From the NCBI GenBank assembly GCA_002189035.1, contig NEEC01000017.1:1364001-1428000 (forward strand): 64,000 nt of DNA. The letters run 5' to 3'. Each line of letters opens with the position of its first letter. Position 1 is the stretch's first letter. This document shows, in pieces, positions 34,447 through 47,519 of the stretch. This stretch comes from Utricularia gibba. Its lineage: Eukaryota; Plantae; Magnoliophyta. Below the pieces are notes generated by a model, which saw only the letters and a program-made list of their open reading frames with translations, was not told the DNA's origin and did not search any database. The translations under genes were made by a program, and so were the position numbers.

Positions 34447-37322
34447 ATGAGCCCTCCGGTGACGCCGACAAATCCCTCTGGTTCTGGTCGCACCTCTGTC
34501 ATCGATTCCTTAAGGGGCTGCGCAATTACCAGCGTTAAGATCTCCAAGGAGGAGTTGAAGAAAAAGACAACTTTCCCGGAGTATTTGAGGCTCGCAGTGA
34601 AGGAGGCGATTCAGGCCAATGACGTCGACGCCCCAGCCGTATTGCAGCTGTACGAGGCGGCTCACGCGGAGGGAGCTCAGCCGGCAGAGGCGCCTGAGGC
34701 CCCTTTGATTGTGTTTATCAATTCAAGGAGTGGAGGGCGCCACGGACCGGAGCTCAGAATTCGCCTTCAGGAACTCATTGGAGAAGAACAGGTAAGAGTG
34801 ACGCAGCTCATTACGTTAGTATGATCAGCATTTGTTGAAGTGACGATTTTTATGATATAAGACTTCGACGGAAATTGGGTGCAGATCTACATCTTTCACG
34901 TTTTAGAATCTAAGGGAACATGACGTTGTTGGTGGAAAGCCTTTAGTATATTCTCAAATTCATCAACTTTTTCAGGAGAACATGAAATAGTTGGTCTTAC
35001 AAAAGTTTTACCTTTTTTTGAACATACAAAGATGAAATGTTCTTATTTCAGTTTATATACATTGTCTCTTGCTAGAATGCTTATTAGGTTGTAAGCTCGC
35101 CTGTTTCCGTGTACAAACTTTCAGGTTTTTGACCTTTCGATTGTGAAACCTAATGTATTTGTTGAGCTGGGGTTGGGTTGCCTGGAGAAGTTCGCTAGCC
35201 GTGGAGATGGATGTGCAAAAGAGATCCGTGAAAAACTTAGAGTCGTGGTACGCTTCATGCCTTGAACCCTTCATTTTTTAAAGAGTTGGTGCTTTTTCAG
35301 AAGAAAATTCCACGGAAGTGGATTTTTTTTATTTCCTTCAACACGAAAAACTTACAGCAGTAGGAGTCTTAGGTGGCGGGAGGTGATGGTACTGTGGGCT
35401 GGATCCTCGGATGTCTTGGAGATTTGATCAGCCAGGACCGTCTTCCCATACCACCAACTGGGATCATACCACTTGGCACAGGAAATGATTTGTCACGAAG
35501 TTTTGGTTGGGTAATCTTTGACCTTTGTCACCATTCACTTTAATTTGATGTAGACTTCATTTACATCTTGCAAAGAATTATCTCAGGGTGGTTCATTTCC
35601 TTTTAACTGGAAGGCAGCTGTTAAAAGAACCTTGCACAAGATTTCTAGTGGGCCTATTTCTCAGCTTGATAGGTGAGGTTTTAGCTGCACTAGCTACAAT
35701 GATTTGTGCATTATGCTCAGGGCATATTGTTTTCCTTTTTTTTCGTTCATGCGTAATGCATTTGTAGGTATATTTTCTTACAGTGCTTTCATACATCATA
35801 GTTCTGAATTTCGTTGTGTTCAAACTTTAAGATGTTCCCCACCTTCACGATACATCTGTGGTGGTGCAGTTGGCGTGTTTTGATATCAATGCCTGCTGGT
35901 GAAGAGTTGAACATTCCTTATTCTCTTAAAGCAACCGAAGTAACTCCTCTTGACCCGGTTGGTAGCTAGATTATGTTTTCTAATCTTTGGCACATTTTAA
36001 ACTCAAGGCATCCACGCTCTTCTATACTTGATGTAGCTAAATCCCACCTACCCTCATTAAATCCCTTTTTTAAAAATTCTAATATCAGGAACTGGAAGTT
36101 GAAGCAGAGTTGCCTGAGCAGGTTTTATGCTATCAAGGAGTCTACTACAATTACTTCAGCATAGGTCTATAACGCAAATCTAGTGTGCATTTGGAGTTTT
36201 TGAAGTGCTATTTTGTTGTGGAATCATTGCCATCTTACATTTATGCAGGAATGGATGCCCAGGTAGCGTACGGATTTCATTCTTTGCGCAATGAGAAGCC
36301 ACACCTTGCTCAGGGTCCTATATCAAACAAGGTGCAGATCTCATAATGCCTGTGCTGCTACATCAGTCCTCTTAGAAAATGTGAAATATGTAGTTGTGAA
36401 AGGCTGTATATGACTGCATTCTTAAGGGTATTCAGTTGTCTGTGACTGCAGTTGATTTACTCCGGATACAGTTGCACGCAAGGATGGTTCTTCACACCAT
36501 GTAGCAGTGATCCAGGTTTAAGGTCTAGTCAGCTTGTATAACCCAAATTCCTTTTCGTCTCTGTCGATATTTCAGCTAGTTTTCTTCAAAACAGCTCTTC
36601 AGCTGACTATGAACTCTATTTTTCAGGAGTTTAAAGAATATTCTTAGGATATATGCTAAAAAGGTCAATTCTTCAAAGTGGGAGCAAGTTCCTGTACCTT
36701 CAAAGTTGGCAAATTAAAAGGATCCTATCTTTTTCTGAATCCATCTTTTTTCCCCCATTAACTCCTGCCAATATCTACTGCTTGCAGCGTGAGGTCTATT
36801 GTCGCTCTCAATCTTCCCAGCTATGGAAGTGGTAGAAATCCATGGGGCAACTTGAAGCCTGAATATCTAGAGAAGGTATGCATGCAACTTTCCAGTAATC
36901 ATCCTCATCTCACTTGAACTTTATTGCCAAGTCTCATCTCTGTGCGATTATATTTGCTTGATGCCTATACATATAGAGGGGATTTGTTGAAGCTCAAGCC
37001 GATGATGGCATTCTTGAGGTATTTGGCTTCAAAGAAGGGTGGCATGCTTCTATGGTTATGGTGGAACTCATCAATGCCAAACACATAACACAGGTACACA
37101 CACTCATCATCACAGTGCACATCTTGTTTGCAAGTGCCATATGCAGAACGGTATCTGGTGCAGGCTTCTGCAATTCGTTTTGAGCTAAGAGGCGGTGAAT
37201 GGAATCAAGCATTCATGCAGATGGATGGGGAGCCATGGAAGCAGCCCATAAACAACAACTTTTCTACATTTGTGGAGATCAAACGAGTCGATCATCATTC
37301 CCTAATGGTAAAGGGAGAATAG
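34447..37322 (+). CDS. DGK: Diacylglycerol kinase (DGK3/4/7 clade)
   Basis: [68 protein letters not shown]. All exons checked in frame. Confidence 0.95.
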
Positions 37323-37736
37323 CCAGCCGCTCTGTCTCCAGTTATCTATCTTGATAGTGCTCAGGCATCCGCCATTGTTGTATAACACATTTCTTTGTAT
37401 TCAAGCTGATTCTGTTACTTGCCTTGTTGCTTAGGGCATGATGTTCACAATCTAGCAGATTGACAAGTCTAAGCTTCTGTGTTCTGTAACCTTCATCCCT
37501 TGCTCTGAGAACGGTTTCTATGGTTAATGTGCAGTTTTTTAGTACAGTTTATGCAAGATGTTATCTTCCTTATTCAGATTTCGGACAACTTGAACTCCAG
37601 AATACAACGACAGAGGAAGGAGGTTCTGTACCAGGGGCCATCCACGCTCGCCATATCCTCGACGTTCTTCAACTGAATAACGAAGACGTCCTTGATCTGT
37701 GCGTTTCAGTCGGCCATGGATCCCGGCCACCCAAAT

Positions 37737-39958
37737 CTACGGCACTCCGGCGGACGGTTTCCCCTCGAGAAAGAAACAAACCCCGATGACCATGTAGCAG
37801 AGAAGGAGAACCAGTCCCTTGATGTAGTGAGAGGTCCCATCCTGCATTCAATTCAAGTCAGTCAAGTCTCCCTGCTATCCATCTCTGCTAAAAAGAATAG
37901 AAAATGGCGAAGTTGACTTTTGTAAGGATGTACGGGCACCCACTTGCAGAGTCAGCGCAGTTACGAGGATTGACAGTGCGAGAACCGCCGTCTCCAGGAG
38001 GCTGAACCCAAGGTCCATGTTGCCGCCCAAGATCCAGGAAGTTATTACACTGAGCGGCACCTGGGAATTTGCAGTAACGTGCCATGAGCACTTGAAAACG
38101 AAGGAAGAGAACGCCACTATGCCACACAATACGACTGTACAGGGAGGTGGGTTGCTCACCACGAACATGGCGATCTGCGTTGCGGATCCTAGAGCCACCC
38201 CTAGAGTGATATCCTGTAAGGCAAACCCGGAAGTTTAGGAGGGAGGATCACTAACACCCTGGTCGTGGAAAGCAAATGCAAAAGAAGGGAGACGAACCAG
38301 CTTGTCTTTGTAGGCGAAAATTATGGCACCGGCGTGTTCGGCGGCGTTTCCGACGATGGGTAGGAGGATCACGCTGATGAAGCTGACGGACAGCCCCCAG
38401 GAAGCGGACGCATCCTGAACAAAGCAATGTTATCAGGTTATGTTTCTGGGTGGTCTGTTGATCAAGGTAGAGCAATGTGGCTGCCGTACTTCAATGGTGG
38501 CAACGACATATTGAGAAAGCAGAGCAACCAAGGCGGTCATGATGACCAACCAAACGACCCCGCTCCAAAATCCGATCACCGGAGATTCATCCTCCGATAC
38601 GACATCACCATCCTCTTCGGTCTGATCAAGGTAGAGCATAATTTGAGCTTGATGAAGCGTATGTTTGAGTGGAGCTTATACTGACCTCCTCTTCTTGGAA
38701 CAACTGGCGATGAGTCCACAGTTGGCAGACAAGGTAAGCGGCATAGGCTATCAGCATTACGATGCAGCTGGCTCGTGACAAGTGCAGGATTCCGGCAGCT
38801 GTGAATCCCGATGATTTCCCGGCTAAGTTGAACATCAGAGGCGTAACATGGCACAACAAGCCGAGCACCAGCAGCAGCACATTGACATCTGCTTGTCTCT
38901 GTAATCCATCAACTATGAAGTAAAACAAAACAAAACAAGAGGGGACAATGTTGATCATGGTTGTATCCATTCATCATACCCGATCGAACTTTTGTTCCCT
39001 GAAGACGTTCACGAGACCTCCACACAAGAGAGAAGAGCCAAGAACTAGGAGGAGATTCGAGAGAATTGAACCTAAAAGAGAGAACTTCACCACTTGCTCC
39101 TTTCCATGAACCAGTGCCAAAATTGCAATTATCAGCTCAGTGGCATTCCCACAAGTTGCATTCAGTAGCCCCCCAACTGCAACCATCATAGATTTGCTAT
39201 TCAAATTCATATTCAGAAATAAAAAAACACCAGCTAAACATCTCGAGTAAGGCAAAGCAGAGAGGATCTCACCTGTTGGTCCTGTGTAGAAGGCAAGTTG
39301 CCTGTAGATGAAACAAAGCAGTCAATCACTGGTCTGAAAATGCAACTGATACATGTTGAAATATAGCATCCAAGGAATCACATACATGTAAATGTACCTC
39401 AACCCCAGTTTAAGCTTTTTTGTTTTCTTTTTACTTCTTTTGAAACCAATGGTACGAGGTAAATACCTTGTTGAAATTCTGGTGATTTGATTTTTCTTGT
39501 GTATGTTTTAACAATGTAATGGGTCGGGTGGGGTTGAACCTTACTCCGTGAGGAAGCTCACTCGTTCGGCAAGGGGAATGAGTCCGACCAAGCTCAATCC
39601 GAACACCGAGGGCTGCATTGCAGTCAGATGAAGAAAACGCATGAGGTAAGTCCAGATGAGAAATTAGAGTCATGGGAAATGTGCATACGGAGGGGCAACG
39701 GAAGAGTCGGGCGGCGATGGCTAAGGGGATGGCGATGAAGAGAAGGGAGAGCTTCGTCCCAAGCAACACCTCCTGCAGATTGGCAAGAAAATGACGAAGG
39801 AATGCAACTCGCACTTTCGAAACCAGCGTCAGGTCTGATTTCTTGCGAAGAGAGGAGGAGGACATGCTGTGCGCCGTACGGCGGTGGCGCATCTCTTTGC
39901 TCAGTAACTTGATCCCCTGCCCGTTTTCGAGCAACCATGCTTCCTGCGCGTTGGCCAT
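37737..39958 (-). CDS. CAX: Vacuolar cation/H+ exchanger, CAX1/CAX3 type
   Basis: N-terminal regulatory [17 protein letters not shown], alpha-1 [16 protein letters not shown], alpha-2 [10 protein letters not shown], and C-terminal [16 protein letters not shown]. Exons in frame. Confidence 0.96.
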
Positions 39959-40428
39959 TGCTTTGTTTTCAGTTCAGTTCTTCTGCAACAAAGACACAAA
40001 CGCAGAGCGATTGCGATGAAGAGCAGTGGGTTTCGATGGCAGCGACACGTGCTCCTCTGTGCAGTGTAGCAGTAGGAATCCATCTGTTAAATAACAACAG
40101 TAACATCATGAAGGTGTCTTTCCTCGAAACTTCGTACATTTTATGTAATTGCGATTAATTGTTTTAATACTCAAATAGAAATCCGATTAAAACTTGTTTT
40201 TTTGTATGATTAGATCATACAAATTTAATTTTTATCATCTAAACTCAATTCATTTATTTGTTTTTTTGCTAACATGAAATCAAACTATCACGAAACTCAT
40301 CTTGATTATTCAAGTTTAATCAAATGCTTTTATAACATGTTGAAATTTAGGATTCGATGGTTTGATCAATTACACGTCAAACTCAAATATACAATAAAAA
40401 TTAATCAAATTAAAAAGAATTGGTTCAA

Positions 40429-41157
40429 CTAATTATTATTAACTGTGACTGGTTTTAGATTAGGGTTTGTGTGGGGAAACTTAATTGCAACGCCGGAATC
40501 CGTGAAATTGGTGAATCCAGCAGCTTGTTGCGATCCGTGATCGTGATGCAGTAGTAATCCCGGGGTGAGGGGATCTGGGTGCGATCTCCTTGATGACGAC
40601 GACGATGTGGAGCGTACGATGACAGTGAATTTATCCAGCCAACTCCGACGCTGTGTACGGATGGATTCATGGCCGCAAGTAGAGAATGGATGAGTACGAT
40701 TCGAACTTGTCCTGGAAAAAGACTCAGAGGCACGAGAATCCCAATGGCCGTTTTGTCGCGAGAGAGACGGACAAGCGAGTACGATCACCGCGAAGCTTCC
40801 CGGAAATTTCCACCCTCGTCGGGTTTCAATTGCTATCCTCGTGGCCTGAGGCGTGAGCCCCGAAAGCGGGTATGAACCCACCGGAGGGAGACCTCGCCCA
40901 TGTGACTTCGCCATCGGACAATAAGCAACTCTTGCGTGCACTGTTGCGGCAGTAGTCGCCATCGCGACGCCGGCCAACCCCTCCCCTCCGCTGGTATAAA
41001 GATTGTTCGTGTCCATAGCTTTCAAAAAGTGGCAGGCAGGCTTCTTTTTCCTTCCGCCATCGCAATTCCAGATCCAAATCATGAGCTGTTTGTGAAGGAA
41101 ACGAATTTCGCCTCCTTGATGATGATAGCCTTCATAATGATTTAGCTTTGGAACCAT
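40429..41157 (-). CDS. Uncharacterised 242-aa single-exon ORF
   Basis: Uninterrupted ATG-started ORF in a GC-elevated island between AT-rich flanks. No family motif recognised. Confidence 0.4.
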   Translation of the reverse strand: MVPKLNHYEGYHHQGGEIRFLHKQLMIWIWNCDGGRKKKPACHFLKAMDTNNLYTSGGEGLAGVAMATTAATVHARVAYCPMAKSHGRGLPPVGSYPLSGLTPQATRIAIETRRGWKFPGSFAVIVLACPSLSRQNGHWDSRASESFSRTSSNRTHPFSTCGHESIRTQRRSWLDKFTVIVRSTSSSSSRRSHPDPLTPGLLLHHDHGSQQAAGFTNFTDSGVAIKFPHTNPNLKPVTVNNN

Positions 41158-42378
41158 GCGAACGCTACATAAAAATAAATTAAATGATTTCTAGGTCGTT
41201 ATTCCATAAACATTGTTTTATAATAATAAAATTTCTAGAATTAGAATTCATAGATATGTTATGTGTATATTTTTCTATCTAATTCTTATTTTAAAAAAGT
41301 AAATAAAACACATGTATTTTCATTATAATTAGTATCCATAATTTACATTATTATTCCTCGGATAGTTTTATTCTAGTCGAAATCCAAATATCATGCGACA
41401 CGAATGTAATATAACATTATCATGAATATCATTTTATTCATCGAACTCTAAACACAAATACAAAAAGTCTTAGTACAAAATTTTGTTAGGTTTTCAATTA
41501 CAAGTAATTCACAAAATTTTATTAGGTTTAACATTAGAGTTGATTCACAATATCATAAATCAATTCAATTTTTAAAAATTTTAAAAATTATTTATATTTT
41601 AGTTATATGATTTTGATAATTTAAATTATTTTTTTATAATTTTAAAAATTAAGATTAAACTATTTATACTGAATAATAATTAATTAATTTTTTTTGTAAT
41701 TTCTATTAGGTATAGTCTGTACAAATTATTTTTCAACTTATGATTTTAAGTGGAATTTAAAATTACTTATTATAGAACTACCTAACTTTTACTTATTTAT
41801 GACTTCTACTCAAACTTATACTTAATTTCTACTTATATTAAATTTGCCTACATTTCTACTTAAAACTCAACTTATTTAATAAATTACATTTACCTTATCA
41901 AAATAAGTCACCAACTTATTCCAACAAATGCATTCGCTTCCAATAAATCAAATTTGAACAAAATCGAAATACATTTGTTTCTTCATAAATAAATAATAAA
42001 TTGTATAGATCACAACTATTTATTTGGGTTCTACTTATCAAATAACTTCTATTTATGAATTAAATATAAGTTACAAAATAAATGGTACAAACTGTACAAA
42101 TTAAACATTAATATTAATTAAAACATTCCCAAAGACAACTAAAGCCCAATAGCTACAGAATGGATCCTTGAGACAAATGGGCCAGGAAGTTGGAGATACC
42201 CACAATGCTTACCACATTCATAGGATCAATGCACACCTGGTGTGTCTTTGTAGTAACAAAGCAAACATAACACAATCTTCCACAACTGGATGCCAAGGAT
42301 TGTTTTCCTGTGGTGAGTTAGCATCCTTCTGTGTGGTCTTGAGAGAACACACAGTGATGGGAGGAGTACACACGAGTC

Positions 42379-43013
42379 TCATCTTCCATTTGCTTCTGAA
42401 GCAACTCCTCTGCACCCCATTTGCTCCATGAACAGCATTAGCCGAGCGTGCTTTGCTGTCCACTGCTCCGCCAGCTTCTGCTCCTTGGCCTCCGCCTCCC
42501 GCCTCAGCCCCATCAGCTGTTCTCGGTACTCGGCTTCAATCCGATCTAATGCAGCTTTCTGCTCCTCCCTCAAGGCGTTTATCTTAGCGTCTATGTCCTC
42601 TATCTTCTCCCTTCTTTTGCTTGCTTTCTCTGATTCCAACTGGAGCTCCACACGCTTCAGTCTCCAGGCTGCTTCTTTCCGATGCGCCGTCCATGCTCGA
42701 TGCCCTTCCTCCAATTCGCGGCAGCATTCGATGATCTCTGTGATTAAAGGTGTGCTCTCCATGGACAAAGAGCTGCTGGCTATACCAGTTGAAGGGAGGT
42801 TGGTGGTCAGTGTTTGGGGTGCGGTCGGCCATGGGGTTGCAGATGGCTGTGGCACTGTTAGAGGGGAGAGGCTGAGAGTCACCGAAGGTGATGGCGGTTT
42901 AACCATAGCTGCCGTGGATCCGGAGCTGGAGCTAGCAAGCCATGGAGGAAGAACTGAAGAAGCTAGTGGGATGGGTGATCAGATTGAAGAAATCTACTGT
43001 TTGAAGACGGCAT
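42379..43013 (-). CDS. AS1/PHANTASTICA/RS2-like protein lacking the R2R3-MYB domain; -1 frameshift near 42967-42975 as written
   Basis: Has the AS1-type segments [23 protein letters not shown] and the C-terminal coil [33 protein letters not shown]...[24 protein letters not shown]. In-frame stops lie upstream of ATG 43013, and a 5'UTR intron spans about 43086-43405. Confidence 0.85.
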
Positions 43014-44243
43014 TGTATTTGCACTCAGCTTCCGCTAGTGAGTTCAGCTTCACTTCCCTTGCGATCCCAGGGTCAAAAATCTGACCTGCAAATCCCATCG
43101 ATCTTAATACAGTAGCATCAACAGGTTCATCTCATCCAACTTACGAACAAAGAAAGAAGCCACACAAAATACAAAGGAGTCACAACTTCCAATGCCGTGA
43201 AGAGTGGAAAATCCTCCAGCAAGTGAAATCCCCACGACCCAGTGATGGAAATGTCAGAAAAAAAGCATCTTTAACAGGGAAATTAAGCAAACACAAGAGA
43301 AGCAAACACGAATGTAGAACTCAAGACGTAAACGGAGAGAAATTAATGGTTCCTTAACCGTGAATTTCGTAACACAGTGCCGGGAACGAAGTTCACTAAC
43401 TCACCAGCGCGTTCAACAGAGGGAGCATCTTCCTTTCGCAGCCCATTCCATTCCCCCGCTTAGAATCATCACTCACCACAGGAGAAATTGACAAAAGAAA
43501 TCAATGCAGAATTGAAGATCTGAATTTGGGGGGGTCACAGAGGCTACTCCAGTCGAGTAGCTCCGTAGAAAAAGGAATTTTATGACGCTCCCTCCCTCCC
43601 TCTCTCACACACACACACTCAACGAAAGGGCGAGAGAGCAGACCTCGAAGCCCTCATTACCAACAAGACGCTAATCAAGCCCTGAAATCTTGAAGCTGAT
43701 ACCCCCTGTAAACCCCCTCTAAAGACGACGACGAAAATCATTTTAAATTCCACTAAAATTTTCATTTTTAAACATAATCAATTTCAAAATAATGAAAAAA
43801 ACATCATTTGAATTTTAAAAAATCGAATTTAATAAGAAAAACATCCAAATTTTAAAATAATTAAATGGAAAAAAACCCCCGAAATTCAATCATAAATTTA
43901 AAAATTCGATAAAAATAGTAGCAACATGGTAACTAATGATGTGTTCTAGACAAATTGTAAAGTCCATTTTTATTTCTTAATTGTGTAAAAAGTATTTTAA
44001 AATTTATATTTCTCAAAAAAATATATTTTTAAAAAATAATCTTTATTTTTACTTTAATCCGGTAAAAAAAAGTAAAAAACATGGTAGGAGTACTAGGGTC
44101 ATCATGATGGCTATCTGGGGGACGACGGAATTGATTCCATTTCCATTTATGCCCCCACCTTTTTACCCAGTTTCTGCAAAAAGCCTGCCCTTTCATTTTT
44201 CTTAAATTTTCTTTTTATTTTATTCTTTTTTTTTCAGAAAAAA

Positions 44244-44339
44244 AAGTAACCGTGTCCGTCCGAACGTCCTCAAGGGGGACTCGTCGATCCACGTTTTAGA
44301 CCAAGAAGTAACCGTGTCCGTCCGTCCTCAAGGGGGGAC
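44244..44339. repeat. Short direct repeat (two copies of about 35 bp) upstream of the PLL gene
   Basis: AAGTAACCGTGTCCGTCCG(AACG)TCCTCAAGGGGG(G)AC at 44244-44280 and 44306-44339. Confidence 0.85.
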
Positions 44340-45154
44340 GCGTTTTAATAATGTGGATTTTTTATATTTATTATATTATATTTTTCAAATGAACTCTGCA
44401 AACAGTTGTATTTCTGTTGTGGGATAAATATAATTAAATTAAAAACCCAAAATTCGTCCGGGTTTCGCGGAATGTGCAGACGGAAGTGAAAGCGACTGCT
44501 CCTACTGAGCGCGCCCAGCGTCGTTTCAGTCTCTCCAGTGATGCGTAGCCCCTTTTCTGAGCTGCAGAAGCCGCTGTCTTCTTCTGGGGCAGCCCTTGGC
44601 CCATGAGCCCGTGAGCCCAGAGCGTATTTTAGCGGTTACGGCGGGGAACTGGCGACTCTGGAGCTGCTAATTCCTGGTTTAGTGTGAACTCCGATTGACC
44701 CTGTGTGGCATGTGCACTTGACTAGGGATGAAGTCCACGCATAGAGGGGGTTCCTTCTTCTGTATAAGGTGGATAGGGATGGAGATGGGCGTCCCCACTT
44801 GAGGGGATGGATGGGTGTGCAACAATTTTGACTTTTTTTTTATTTGTCTGGTTCACATTGCTGGAGACAGGTTGGGTGGGGAAGAAGGAATGGAATGACG
44901 AGTTGACTCCACCATTCCAGCCGGAAAAAGCCGTACGCAGTTCATACGCGGTTGGTTTAGGATGATGTAGTTTGCGGTCAACGGCTCGTGAGGTTTCTTG
45001 TTTCCACTGAAATCTGAAACCGGAAAAGTCATTAAAAGCATTCTCTTTTCCCCGGGCAACGACCCCATATGGTCAACCTCTACCCTCACGTTATATTGAA
45101 TAGGAACAATCCTTTGAGAAAAGGGTATCGATTTGGGTCTGCAACACAACCGCC

Positions 45155-47210
45155 ATGGGAAACGGGGCTGGGAAGCTCCTCAAACACTGCTTCAACGGGG
45201 CTGCCGGAGAAACTTTCCCGGGGAGAAGCGCCGCTGGGGTTTGTCCACTCGATGAGGGTTTAGGCCACTCTTTCTGCTACGTGCGCCCCGACCCTATTCA
45301 GTTTCCGGGGGATCCCCTTGCGGCCGTTCCTTTCAGAGCCATCTCTGGCGCCGCCATCTCTGCCAACGCCTCCACCCCTCTCTCCACCGACCCTTTTGCC
45401 TGCTACGCTTCTACTTGCTTAGACAAGGCTTCGGCCTTCGAAAGCTCCAATCTTTTCTCTTCGATTCCCCTGCAACCAATTCCCAGGGGCTCTAACTCCG
45501 GTCCGATTCTCCACACCGGATCTGGTCCGATTGAGCGCGGTTTTTTATCGGGTCCACTCGAACGAAGCTTCTTTTCCGAGCCACTGGAGAATCATATATC
45601 CAAGCCTGAATCCCAAACCAAAGCTCCCGTGAAAACTCTCACAAATTTGAAAAGGGTGTTAGCGAAATCTTTGTGGGGTTTTTCCGGTGAGCAGAGAAGA
45701 TCAGAGAACGATGTTTCCTTAAGTGGAACAACTTCTACTGGAACCTGCAGCACAGTTAATAGTCACAATTTGAGCAGTGATCTGAGTTTTGCTGAAGAAT
45801 ATTGTGATTTGAAAAACGAATCCTTGAATTTGCAATGGGCGCAGGGGAAAGCAGGCGAAGATAGAGTCCATGTTGTGGTCTCTGAAGATCAAGGATGGGT
45901 TTTTGTAGGAATTTACGATGGTTTCAATGGCCCTGATGCAACCGATTTCCTGCTAAGCAATCTTTATTTGAACGTTTCTAAAGAACTCAAAGGGCTGTTC
46001 TGGTCTGATGATAAGCATGAATTGTTTTCTGGGATGCCAGCTGATAGTTCAAGGAGTTTGGATAGCAAAGAAAGATTAGAACTTGACAAGAGGCTGAAGA
46101 ACAAACTGATCAAGCTAGGGCATGAACCATCAACCATCAACCATTTAGGTGTTCTGAAGGCTTTGTCCGAAGCTCTTAAGAAGGCAGAGTCTTCCTTCTT
46201 GCGGATTACAGACATGATGCAAACTGAAAATCCAGAATTAGCGTTGATGGGATCCTGTGTCCTGGTCATGGTGATGAAGGGTGATGATATCTATTTGATG
46301 AATGTTGGTGACAGCAGAGCTGTTCTAGCTCAGAAAGAAGACAAGAATTCTCACATTTCTAAGGTGATGAGGAAGGATCTGGAAGTTTCCACTTATGGAT
46401 ACCATTACGACGAAACTGCACATCATCTGAGCTGCTATCAGCTCACCATGGATCATACCACCGATGCGAAAGAGGTATACATCAGCTACTCTTGAAGATG
46501 GGGCGTTGCTGCTGCATTTCTCTAACTCAAAATGACATCCTTTTGTCTTCTGCATTGTATCAGGAAGTCAGAAGGATTAGACACGAACACCCTGATGATC
46601 CTTGTGCCATTTACAACGACAGAGTGAAGGGATCACTCAAAGTCACCCGTGCATTCGGAGCCGCTTTCCTCAAACAGGTATTCCTTTTGCAGCAAAGATT
46701 CAACTTTCCTGAGCATCTTGGTAATCGAATCCTGCAAATCTCAGCCAAAATGGAACGAGGGATTGCTCAACATGTTCAGAGTGGACTACATCGGAACCTC
46801 TCCATACATAACATGCTCTCCCTCCCTATGCCACCACCGCGTAGACTCCAACGACAAGTTCCTGATCCTGTCATCAGACGGACTGTACCAGTACTTCACC
46901 AACGAGGAGGCCGTCTCGGAAGTCGAATCCTTCATGAAAACGTTCCCGGAAGGCGACCCGGCTCAGCATCTCGTCGAAGAAGTCCTGTTCCGAGCAGCCA
47001 AGAAAGCTGGTATGATAAAACAATCCGATCGCAGAAATCAATCTTCAGACATGAACACAGAGCCTGTCTCTAACATCTTGGCGTTCACTTTCAGGCATGG
47101 ATTTCCACGAGTTGCTCGGAATCTCGCAAGGCGACCGACGGAAATACCACGACGATGTATCCATAATCATCATCTCCTTTCAAGGAAGGATATGGCGGTC
47201 TTCACTATAG
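45155..47210 (+). CDS. PLL: POLTERGEIST-like PP2C (PLL4/5 type)
   Basis: N-terminal MGNG..C (myristoylation/palmitoylation type), [73 protein letters not shown]. Four exons. Confidence 0.95.
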
Positions 47211-47519
47211 AGCAAAGGCTTCCCCCAACCTCCCACCAGACCAGACGCCTCTCTGTAAATGTTGAAGCTCAATTTTGTCATTTTTCTTTATATGTAAATT
47301 TTAACAATAAATATAATCAATAACATTTTTTTTATATATAGAATGAAGACAGCGGTAATTTTCTGTCTTGTAAATATTAAATTTAATCTCAAAAGCAAAA
47401 TTTAAAAAAAAGATTAAAATTTCAAGAAAATTTATGAAATGTAAAAAATTCATATAATATTTACAAAAAGTTATCAGAAAAATTACAATTTATGAATTAT
47501 CAAATTAATTTAAAGCTCA

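Noticed and set aside
42428-43084. 218-aa plus-strand ORF and similar long ORFs opposite CESA7, GRP, IBL1 and HIPP
   Set aside because: Antisense shadows of real coding exons or of low-complexity codon repeats.
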